From Phycisphaeraceae bacterium (GTDB taxonomy: Bacteria > Planctomycetota > Phycisphaerae > Phycisphaerales > Phycisphaeraceae): a DNA stretch of 64,000 nucleotides. A program made the translations under genes and the position numbers. Positions 20,180 through 28,290 of this stretch are shown here, in pieces; positions within the stretch are counted from its first letter, which is position 1; each line of letters starts with the position of its first letter. The stretch spans positions 3,104,001-3,168,000 of the forward strand of contig OY771506.1 of assembly GCA_963674705.1 (NCBI GenBank), in the 5' to 3' direction. Under the pieces are notes generated by a model that saw only the letters and a list, made by a program, of their open reading frames with translations, was not told the DNA's origin and made no database searches.

Positions 20180-20610
20180 ATACCCCTAACTGGTTGTTGC
20201 GTGACAATGGCAGCCGCGCTGCCGAATGAATGGCGCGTAGTAGAAGGGGTGCGTGTTAAGTGGGGATGTCTGGCGTGTTTGAGTTCAGTAAGAAATGCGT
20301 GAATAGCACTTATTACACCTATTATGTCGTTATAAATATAAACATATAAAATAAAATATGTTAGACATATGGATATTATCCTATCTTTCAGATTTTCATT
20401 TCAATAAAGCTATTACCAGCAAACTTATGCATGGAAATTAACATTGATGTGGATAACTCAATGCCGGCCCTTGGAATCAAGCCACGACGCATGCAGAAAA
20501 TCAGATAGATGTGCTCAGACAAGCAAGCAACTGGCAGACAAGTTCGCACTGGCCCGTCTTAGTGCATGTGAACAAACACGTCCGAGAATCAAGATTTGTG
20601 AACATAATTC

Positions 20611-20640
20611 TTGACCAATTCGAGGTATCAGGGTTAACAT
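20611..20640 (+). promoter_or_regulatory. Putative sigma-70 promoter of the pilM operon
   Basis: TTGACC-N18-TAACAT about 275 bp upstream of the pilM ATG. Confidence 0.4.
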
Positions 20641-20915
20641 ACATTAGATGGATTGGCCATTCGTGACACTCGTCAGATGTGTAGCGTCTGGCCGCCCGGG
20701 TAGTGGGGGATTCCCGCTTTACCCCGGAAGCTGTTGATTCATCCCATTATTTACGACAGGTCCATCCGAACGGTCAACATGCAAGTAGACCACACGTCGC
20801 AGGGTTAGCCAAGATCGCGCTCCGACCCCCGGTTGTTATGCCATGGTCGGTGTTCCCAACCCACGTCGGCGATGTGCGTTAAGATGTTCGGCGTATCTAA
20901 CTGTGGAGGTCCGTC

Positions 20916-23279
20916 ATGGGACGAAAAAATGACAGTTGGGGCATCGAGGTCGGTGCCAATGCCATCAAAGCGGTACACCTGACAAGTACCGGCGGGTCAA
21001 AGGGTAAGGTTCAACTGGTGAGCCACGAGGTCATCCCCTTTAAGAGGGTCCTCACCACGCCCGACCTGAATGTTGATGAGGCAATCCAGGTCAATCTCGA
21101 TCAACTTCTGGCAGGTCACGACCTGAGCAAGAGCACGGTCGTCATCTCCGTGCCGGGGCACATGGCCTTTGCACGTTTCGCCAAGATGCCACCGGTCGAA
21201 CCTAAGAAGATCCCCGGCATGGTCATGTACGAGGCCAAGCAGCAGATCCCCTTCCCGATCGAGCAGGTCGAATGGGACTACCAGATCTTCCAGCAGGAAG
21301 ACCTGCCCGACGTCGAGGTCGGCATCTTCGCGATCACCAAAGAAAAGATCATGAATTACCTGAGCAACTACAACGCGGTCAACCTGCGTGTAGATGCGGT
21401 AACACTCTCGCCTTTGGCGGTATACAACGCCTTTGTTTACGACAACGCGGATGACCCACCGGACGAAGGCGTGATCTACATGGACATCGGCACGACAAGC
21501 ACCGACGTCATCATCGTCGAAGACGGCGGCATCTGGCTGCGAACTCTGCCTATCGGCGGCAACACCTTTACCGATGCGCTGGTCAAGGCATTCAAGCTCA
21601 GCTACCACAAGGCTGAAAAACTCAAGAAGGAAGCCGCCACCAGCAAGTACGCAAGGCAAATCTTCCAAGCGATGCGGCCGGTCTTCGCAGACCTGGTGCA
21701 GGAACTGCAACGCTCGCTCGGTTACTACCAGAGTCTGAACCGTGACGCGAACCTGTCCAAACTCGTCTGCGTCGGCTCGACCTTCAAGCTGCCCGGCCTG
21801 CAGAAGTTCCTCAAGCAGCAACTGTCGATGGATGTGGAACGCCCCGACAGCTTCAAGCGTATCTCCGTCGATGACAAACATGCCTCGGAATTTGCAGACC
21901 AGGCGGTCAATCTCGCCACGGCCTATGGCTTGGCGTTGCAAGGCCTCGGGCTCGAAACAGTCTCGGCGAACATCATGCCCTCGCATATCCTCAAGCAGCG
22001 GATGTGGAAGGCCAAGCAACCCTGGATCGGTACCGCGGCCGCTTGCTTTGTATTGATGGCCGGTATCGCCGGTGGTGTAGCCTATAAGACCGATGGGGAT
22101 TACGGAGAAGCGATCGCGGCTTCTGAGCCTGTCTTTAATCGTGTAGATAGAGAGGCAAACGCTCTGAAGCAGAAGTTCATGGAGATCGACACCAACTCCG
22201 ATCCAAGACAGCGCATCGAAAACCTGCGCAGCATCCTCCACGGCCGTGACATCTGGCCGATGCTGATCGAAGACATCACCAAGGCTACGCAAGCTCTTGA
22301 TCCACAGGGCCAGCAGGCCGTTACGCTGACCAACAACTACGAGCTTATCTCCAAGATCCCACGTAACGAGCGTAAACGCATCTATATCAACTCCATCACC
22401 AACGAGTACAAGCCCGGTGGTGAATCCGCCACCGAAGAAACGACGGACCCGATGCAGGGCGGCATGGGGGGGTACGGCGGTGAGATGGGTGGTTATGGTG
22501 GTGAGATGGGCGGTTATGGCGGCGAAATGGGCGGCTATGGCGGCGAGATGGGTGGCTACGGGATGGGTGGTGAGATGGGCGGCTACGGCATGGGCGGTGG
22601 CTACGGTATGGGTATGAATACCGGCGAAGTCGGCCAGACCTACACCATCGACGACTTCTTCGGGCCGGAAAAAACACGACCCAAGTTCATCATCACCATC
22701 CGAGGCACCACGCCCAACAGCCAAGGCTCACAGTTCCTCGAAGAAAACTTTGTCGGCTGGCTGAAAAAGAACGCTGACGATAAAAATCGACCCTACAAAT
22801 TCCTGCCTGAATCAATCGTGGTAACCAAGTTTGGCCAGGTGCAAGTCGCGACTCCGGACGGCGCTGCAGGCGGTTACGGCGGTGAAATGGGCGGTGGCAT
22901 GGCCGGGGCCTACGGCGGTGAAGCCGGCAACTACGCAGGCGCCAAGGCCGGTGGTTACGGTATGGGCGGTGAGATGGGCGGTTACGGCATGGGCGGCGAA
23001 ATGGGTGGCTACGGCGGCGGTTACGCTGGCGGGGTCGGCGCTACCAACCTCGCGATGCTGCTGCCTCAAAGGCCGCTTGCAGAAGAAGACATCTCAAAAG
23101 ACTATCAGTTTGAAGTCCAATTCGAGGTCGAACTGCGCAATCCCGAAGGCGAAAAGGCTGCGGAAGCAACCCCGCTCGACGGCGACATGCCCGGCGAAGA
23201 ACCGATGCCCGATGACGAGCAGCCCGGTCCCACGGCTGTCCTGCCTCGCTCTGATGAAAACGAAAGGGGCGCATCATGA
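20916..23279 (+). CDS. pilM: Type IV pilus assembly protein PilM with fused TM and PilN-like C-terminal extension
   Basis: WGIEVGANAIKAV, EAKQQIPFP, MDIGTTSTD, IGGNTFTDAL, ELQRSLGYY, AYGLALQGLG (actin-like PilM fold), then ANIMP (PilN-type NLLP), a TM helix and a periplasmic region. Confidence 0.9.
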   Translation: MGRKNDSWGIEVGANAIKAVHLTSTGGSKGKVQLVSHEVIPFKRVLTTPDLNVDEAIQVNLDQLLAGHDLSKSTVVISVPGHMAFARFAKMPPVEPKKIPGMVMYEAKQQIPFPIEQVEWDYQIFQQEDLPDVEVGIFAITKEKIMNYLSNYNAVNLRVDAVTLSPLAVYNAFVYDNADDPPDEGVIYMDIGTTSTDVIIVEDGGIWLRTLPIGGNTFTDALVKAFKLSYHKAEKLKKEAATSKYARQIFQAMRPVFADLVQELQRSLGYYQSLNRDANLSKLVCVGSTFKLPGLQKFLKQQLSMDVERPDSFKRISVDDKHASEFADQAVNLATAYGLALQGLGLETVSANIMPSHILKQRMWKAKQPWIGTAAACFVLMAGIAGGVAYKTDGDYGEAIAASEPVFNRVDREANALKQKFMEIDTNSDPRQRIENLRSILHGRDIWPMLIEDITKATQALDPQGQQAVTLTNNYELISKIPRNERKRIYINSITNEYKPGGESATEETTDPMQGGMGGYGGEMGGYGGEMGGYGGEMGGYGGEMGGYGMGGEMGGYGMGGGYGMGMNTGEVGQTYTIDDFFGPEKTRPKFIITIRGTTPNSQGSQFLEENFVGWLKKNADDKNRPYKFLPESIVVTKFGQVQVATPDGAAGGYGGEMGGGMAGAYGGEAGNYAGAKAGGYGMGGEMGGYGMGGEMGGYGGGYAGGVGATNLAMLLPQRPLAEEDISKDYQFEVQFEVELRNPEGEKAAEATPLDGDMPGEEPMPDDEQPGPTAVLPRSDENERGAS
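22458..22616 (+). repeat. In-frame tandem repeat (GGYGGEM)x4 followed by GGYGMGGEM-type variants
   Basis: 21/27-bp degenerate tandem repeats visible in both DNA and protein. Confidence 0.9.
22869..23034 (+). repeat. Second Gly/Tyr/Met repeat block in pilM
   Basis: GGYGGEMGGGM...GGYGMGGEMGGYGMGGEMGGYGGGY. Confidence 0.85.
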
Positions 23280-24745
23280 AAAGCGTCATTGGATGGATCA
23301 AATCGAATGTCGTGATCGTTGTCAGCATCATCCTGATGCTCGCATCTGCCGGTGTGATCGGCTGGTCGGTCATGAAAGGCCGGGCCGCCGCTGATAAGGC
23401 GTCCAAAGATATCAACCAGATGGTCGATAAACTGCGCCGTTACGAAACGAATACTGTCCCGTTCCCGCCCGCTGATGTTGACGCGCCGCCCGAGGACATC
23501 TCTAACGTCGTCATCAATCAGGCGACGCTGGAGCGTCTTGATGATGTCTACGGCAAGATGGACCGGGAATACAAAAAAGTCTTCCAGCCCATCATTGAAC
23601 GCAACAAGAAGGGCCACGACCTGCTCGTTCCCGGCGTGCTGCCCTCTACCGATGCCAACTTCCTGCGCCACGAAACGCGTACCAAGTACCGCCAGGCGTT
23701 CATCGATATGCTCGAGTCGTATGACGAAACGCAGCCGTACGCACCCCGGCTTAACGCGATCACGCCGCTGAATCCCGCCGAGTTGGAATTTGAATTGCGT
23801 CGCGTTGAAGAAGGTTTCCGCCCCAGCGGCTACGGCAATGTAGCAACAGGCGGCGGTATGACGGAGACCGATCGCAAAGCCCTTGAGGATCAAAAGGCCG
23901 AACGTGCTCAGGAAATGCTCGTCGATCGTGCCCGCTCGGCACATATCTACACCGACATCTACATCCAGAGCCCCGGCTTCCCGTTCCAGGTCCAACCCTG
24001 GAGCCTGGCGACAGGCCTGCCGACCTACAAGCAGATCTGGGATGCCCATACCGAGCTATGGGTACAGCAGGATATCGTCCGTGCTATTGGCCTGGCCAAC
24101 GATGTCAGTGATGCGGATAAGAGCGTGATCGATTCACCCGTCAAACGGCTTATCTCGATCACCGTGATCCCCGGCAACGTCGGCACCAGCACGATGGGCG
24201 GCATGGGCGTCGCCAGCATGGACAAGAGCGGTAACGCCGGCGGGGGCATGGGCGGCTACGGCGGCTACGGCATGGGCGGTATGGATGGCATGGGCATGGG
24301 CATGGGGATGGGGATGGGTGGCGGTGCTGCTGCCGAAGCGCCCGTTGCATCTTCAGGCAGCGCCGATGAGAAGCTCGGGGTTGACTTCCACACCGGCCCC
24401 AGCGGCAGGATCTCCAACAGCATCTACGATGTACGCCACGCACGCGTCCTCATGGTTGTTGATTATCAGCAGCTGCCGAAGCTCTTTGACGCTATCAACT
24501 CCGTCAACTTCATGACCGTGCTCGACTGCAAGATTCAGGATGTCGACGAATACCAGGCGCTGCTCGAAGGCTATGTCTACGGCAGCGCTGACGCGGTTCG
24601 CGTTGATATGCTCATCGAATCCATCTGGCTCCGCGAGTGGACCGTTCCCTGGATGCCTAACTCCGTCAAGCAGGAACTCGGTATCGCCGATGCGACCGGC
24701 ACGACGGACACCGCGGACAGCATGGACGGTAATGGTAATTTTTAA
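23276..24745 (+). CDS. Bitopic membrane protein, probable PilO-position component of the pilus alignment complex
   Basis: Overlaps the pilM stop (ATGA); N-terminal TM plus coiled coil; Gly/Met-rich insert. Function assigned from gene position. Confidence 0.6.
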   Translation: MKSVIGWIKSNVVIVVSIILMLASAGVIGWSVMKGRAAADKASKDINQMVDKLRRYETNTVPFPPADVDAPPEDISNVVINQATLERLDDVYGKMDREYKKVFQPIIERNKKGHDLLVPGVLPSTDANFLRHETRTKYRQAFIDMLESYDETQPYAPRLNAITPLNPAELEFELRRVEEGFRPSGYGNVATGGGMTETDRKALEDQKAERAQEMLVDRARSAHIYTDIYIQSPGFPFQVQPWSLATGLPTYKQIWDAHTELWVQQDIVRAIGLANDVSDADKSVIDSPVKRLISITVIPGNVGTSTMGGMGVASMDKSGNAGGGMGGYGGYGMGGMDGMGMGMGMGMGGGAAAEAPVASSGSADEKLGVDFHTGPSGRISNSIYDVRHARVLMVVDYQQLPKLFDAINSVNFMTVLDCKIQDVDEYQALLEGYVYGSADAVRVDMLIESIWLREWTVPWMPNSVKQELGIADATGTTDTADSMDGNGNF

Positions 24746-24823
24746 CTTGTGTGATCGGTCGCATGGCCAGGCCATGTGTATTTGTATGATTGGCTTATCC
24801 GCCGCGTTTGAAAGGGATGAATC

Positions 24824-26956
24824 ATGAACCCTAAAGACTCAGGCTTTATTCAGAAGTATGTTGAAAAGCTCGTGCTAGGCGTCGCTGTTCTATGCTTGCT
24901 CGGGACCGCTTACTACTTCGTCGTGAAGGACCCGTTCCCCGTCAAGGTCGGCAGCAGCAAAGTCGGACCGGATCAGATCACCAAGAAGATAACCGATGCT
25001 GCTAATCGTCTGGAAAGTAAAATAAACTCCGACGAAACGGCCTTGCCCGACCGTGGGATCCCCTCGTATTCCGAAGCGTTTGTCGCGGATTTGCAGGAAA
25101 AACCCACGACACTTGATCAACTCACGCTCCTCGCCGGACCCGGTCTCAGAGACGAAGACATTGATGGCGGCTCAATCATCGTTGAGTACGACCTGCCGCA
25201 TCCGCCCATCGCGGAAGACATCCTTGTGCGTAAGGGACACGCCGTGCTCGGTGACAACATCCCCACGCGTGAGATGGAAGGCCTGATCAAACTCGTCGGC
25301 AACCATCAGCCACGCGACTTTGCTTACGTCAGCGTGGCCGGCACCTTCGATATGGATGAATGGATCGAACGCCTGCAGTCAGGCGACAAGGAAACACGCG
25401 TCCCGGACCGCTGGTGGAACAGCATGATCGGCATCGCCGGCGTGATGCTCCAACGCCAGGAACTCGACGAAGAAACAGGCGAGTGGGGCAACACCACCCT
25501 CATCGATCCACTGCCCGGCCAATTGGCTTCCATGCCCGGCGTGAAGTTCTCCGCCACGACGCAACAGGCCAAGCAGATGATCCAGTTGATCCGCAACAGC
25601 CAGGAAGCCATCGCCCGGCCCGACTTCCCGCAGACCGCGGGTAACGTCCTCTGGAGCCCGCCTAACGAAGAACAGCAGGAACTCGATGCCGAAGGCCAAC
25701 GCAAACTGGCTCGTGTCAACTCCCGTATCCTCAAACTCCAGGAGCAGATCGAAAACCTTCAGGAGCAGATCATCCGTCAGCGTGAGGCGGAAGCTGAACG
25801 AGCCGAACGTGAACGCATGACCGGCGGCCGGGATCGGCAACCAGCAGGCGGGCGTCGTCCTGCCGCACGCCCCGGTGCCGGTGTTGGTGGCGGGGAGTTT
25901 GGTGGTGGTGGCTATGATGAAGGTGGTGGTGCACGTCAAGGACGCGCAACACGACGCCCGGCAGGCCGTGACGCGACCAGGCAACCGGATGCCGAAACCC
26001 CTGAGCAGCGCATGCAATTGCTCCAGGATGACCTGGTCGCCGCCAAGATAGAGCGCAGCGAACTTCTCGGTATCGAACCCGACGTGCTCAACCAGCAGCG
26101 TTACAGCGGTGCTGCAAGAGGCATGGGGGGCTACGGCGGCGAGATGGGCGGCTACGGCATGGGCGGTGAGATGGGCGGCTACGGTATGGGCGGCGAAATG
26201 GGTGGCTACGGCGATGAGATGGGCGGCTACGGCATGGGCGGTGGCTACGGAATGGACCCGTACGGCGGCGGCTACGGCGGCAAAGGCATGGGCGGGTACG
26301 CCCCGGGCATGGATGGCGCGAATCCTCAAAACGCTGAGCCCGAGTCCCGCAAGCTCAAAGTCTGGGCTCATGACCTGAGCATCGAACCCGGAAAAACCTA
26401 CCGCTACCGCATCGTCGTGACCGTGTTGAATCCGCTTTACCGTCAGAAACGTGTTGCCGAAGAACAGCGTGAAGCTAACTATGACCTGATCGCACTGGGA
26501 CCCGATGAGAACGAACTGACCGCATCGCCCTGGTCCAAGCCGGTCACCGTCGATCAGCAACACTACTTCTTCATGGTCAAGGGCTCCACGCAGACAGCCC
26601 GTGTGGAAGTCTGGCACGTTTACAACGGACAGTGGTACAACAAGGAGTTCGAGGTGCGCCCGGGCGACCCGATCGGCCAGAAGGTCATGATGACCGTCGC
26701 CGGTAACCAGGAAGTTGAGTTGGACATGAATGTCGGCCGCATCGTCGTCGACCTTGTTCAGTCAGCGGGGACCGGCACCTTTGGCGCTGCTGACGTTCGG
26801 ATGCTCTACCTGAACCCGCAAGAGAACAAGATCACCGACCGGAGTATCGAGGAAGACCGTGACAACCCGGACCTGATCAGGCTCCGCAACGAAAAAGCCC
26901 TCCAGGCCGAGCTTGCCTTGACCTCTGCGGGTACCGGCGCCCCTCGGGACTTCTAA
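24824..26956 (+). CDS. Bitopic membrane protein, probable third pilus alignment component (PilP position)
   Basis: N-terminal TM, coiled coil, GGYGMGGEM repeats, HDLSIEPGKTYRYRI (FN3-like strand); last gene before a terminator. Confidence 0.55.
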   Translation: MNPKDSGFIQKYVEKLVLGVAVLCLLGTAYYFVVKDPFPVKVGSSKVGPDQITKKITDAANRLESKINSDETALPDRGIPSYSEAFVADLQEKPTTLDQLTLLAGPGLRDEDIDGGSIIVEYDLPHPPIAEDILVRKGHAVLGDNIPTREMEGLIKLVGNHQPRDFAYVSVAGTFDMDEWIERLQSGDKETRVPDRWWNSMIGIAGVMLQRQELDEETGEWGNTTLIDPLPGQLASMPGVKFSATTQQAKQMIQLIRNSQEAIARPDFPQTAGNVLWSPPNEEQQELDAEGQRKLARVNSRILKLQEQIENLQEQIIRQREAEAERAERERMTGGRDRQPAGGRRPAARPGAGVGGGEFGGGGYDEGGGARQGRATRRPAGRDATRQPDAETPEQRMQLLQDDLVAAKIERSELLGIEPDVLNQQRYSGAARGMGGYGGEMGGYGMGGEMGGYGMGGEMGGYGDEMGGYGMGGGYGMDPYGGGYGGKGMGGYAPGMDGANPQNAEPESRKLKVWAHDLSIEPGKTYRYRIVVTVLNPLYRQKRVAEEQREANYDLIALGPDENELTASPWSKPVTVDQQHYFFMVKGSTQTARVEVWHVYNGQWYNKEFEVRPGDPIGQKVMMTVAGNQEVELDMNVGRIVVDLVQSAGTGTFGAADVRMLYLNPQENKITDRSIEEDRDNPDLIRLRNEKALQAELALTSAGTGAPRDF
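26120..26300 (+). repeat. In-frame GGYG(M)GGEM repeat block
   Basis: Near-identical at DNA level to the blocks in pilM. Confidence 0.9.
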
Positions 26957-26982
26957 CCGGTTTTCAAATCATCTGTAATTGT

Positions 26983-27017
26983 AAGCGGATCGGTTGCGTG
27001 CCGGTCCGCTTTTTTTT
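26983..27017 (+). terminator. Rho-independent terminator of the pil operon
   Basis: AGCGGATCGG-loop-CCGGTCCGCT followed by a T run. Confidence 0.85.
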
Positions 27018-27155
27018 GCATGATCCGAGCATCCCGACCATGAATGCATGAGCAACCTGATGCCACGGACCATCCCCGGATTACGAAAAGTTTGCCTGGA
27101 AAGTAGGCGATTGTTAGTCTTACACCGTGCCGCTTCTTGATGTGGGGTCTATCTG

Positions 27156-28241
27156 TTGATCAATCTGGCGAGATATAAAGGCATAGTACTTGTAGGCTTA
27201 GGGCTTCTGTGCGCCTTCTTTCTTGTTAACGCATCCTTGTTCGCGTTGTTTGGCTCAGACCCCGAAGTATTCAATGACCCCGAGCATCAACTCGTTTGGG
27301 ATCATCTGGAACGCACGGGCCAGCAGATCGCACGTGCCGAACTTATATTAAAAGACGAATCACCGGACAAAGATCGGCCGCTCGGTGTGGTGCTCGGGCA
27401 ATCCACCACGTTACGAGGCATCGATCGCAAAATTCTCAATGCGCAGGTAAAGCCCCGGCACCGCTGGTTTGTGGTGACCGGGTACGGCAGCAGCTTCGTC
27501 AAATTACGTTATTACGCACAAACACTGATCGCCAGCAATCTGCACCCGAATACCATCGTGCTCGGTTTGCATGAGACCATGCTTGTAGGGCTGGATAAAG
27601 CCGATGATGAAGCGGTGGAGAACGCCATGATCGCTCAATCGGGCCCCCAGGCTGATCCCGAAACGTTCTCAGGCATGTTGTCGCGGATGATGTGGGTCAC
27701 ATCGCAAAGAAGTAACGTCAGTTATTACGTCAACATGACTTTCTATGAAACACGTCTTGCATTGCACTCCGAATTAGGCACAGGTGCGGTTGGCATATTT
27801 GAGCCGGCTGATAATGCATGGGTGACATTGCAACGCAACCGCTTGTCGAAGCGCAGGCCGGACCGGTTCATCGAAAGCAAGAAGAACCTCTGGCAGTCAT
27901 TTGGCTGGTTCGATCCTGAGAACTATACCACGACAAACCGTCACGCGGATGCTTTTCGCGATTTGATTAAGGACCTCAACACACTTAAGCCCCGTCAGAT
28001 TGTCGTTGTCATTATGCCGGTCTCATCCGATCTCAGGCAATGGGTTGGACAGCAGCCGGTGCAGGTCCTCAAAACGATAATCGATGATTTGGATTCAAAC
28101 GCACCCATCCATACCATCGACCTGCGCGACGCTATGGCCGACGAGTACTTCACGGATAACGCGCACCTCAACTACGAAGGCCAAAAACTTTTCAGCGAGA
28201 TGCTGGCTCAAAAGTTGACTGCGTTGAAGTTGAAAAAGTAG
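27156..28241 (+). CDS. Membrane-anchored SGNH/DltD-like protein
   Basis: N-terminal TM, LGQS motif early and DNAHLN (DxxH) near the C-terminus; TTG start uncertain. Confidence 0.6.
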   Translation: MINLARYKGIVLVGLGLLCAFFLVNASLFALFGSDPEVFNDPEHQLVWDHLERTGQQIARAELILKDESPDKDRPLGVVLGQSTTLRGIDRKILNAQVKPRHRWFVVTGYGSSFVKLRYYAQTLIASNLHPNTIVLGLHETMLVGLDKADDEAVENAMIAQSGPQADPETFSGMLSRMMWVTSQRSNVSYYVNMTFYETRLALHSELGTGAVGIFEPADNAWVTLQRNRLSKRRPDRFIESKKNLWQSFGWFDPENYTTTNRHADAFRDLIKDLNTLKPRQIVVVIMPVSSDLRQWVGQQPVQVLKTIIDDLDSNAPIHTIDLRDAMADEYFTDNAHLNYEGQKLFSEMLAQKLTALKLKK

Positions 28242-28290
28242 GGGGGGGGCGAATACCACTTTGCACTGGACGGCTTGCCCCGTCATCGGA

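Noticed and set aside
20339..20366. dif-like site (ATAA-N6-ATATGTTAGAC)
   Set aside because: The XerC arm matches poorly, and such a match is expected by chance in an AT-rich promoter tract.
20641..20915. c-di-GMP riboswitch in the pilM leader
   Set aside because: The class I/II consensus elements (GCAAA...GNRA tetraloop...GACGCAAAG) are absent.
22458..22616. 21-bp direct repeats as a CRISPR array
   Set aside because: The repeats are contiguous with no spacers, vary at synonymous positions and lie in frame; no cas genes are present.
20997..22724. 575-aa antisense ORF (and similar long antisense ORFs, e.g. 25379-26617, 38894-39937, 44653-45585)
   Set aside because: Shadow frames of well-supported genes in high-GC DNA, with no recognisable motifs.
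28241..28249. G9 homopolymer as a phase-variation tract
   Set aside because: It begins at the last base of a stop codon in a convergent intergenic gap, so length change would alter no ORF or promoter.
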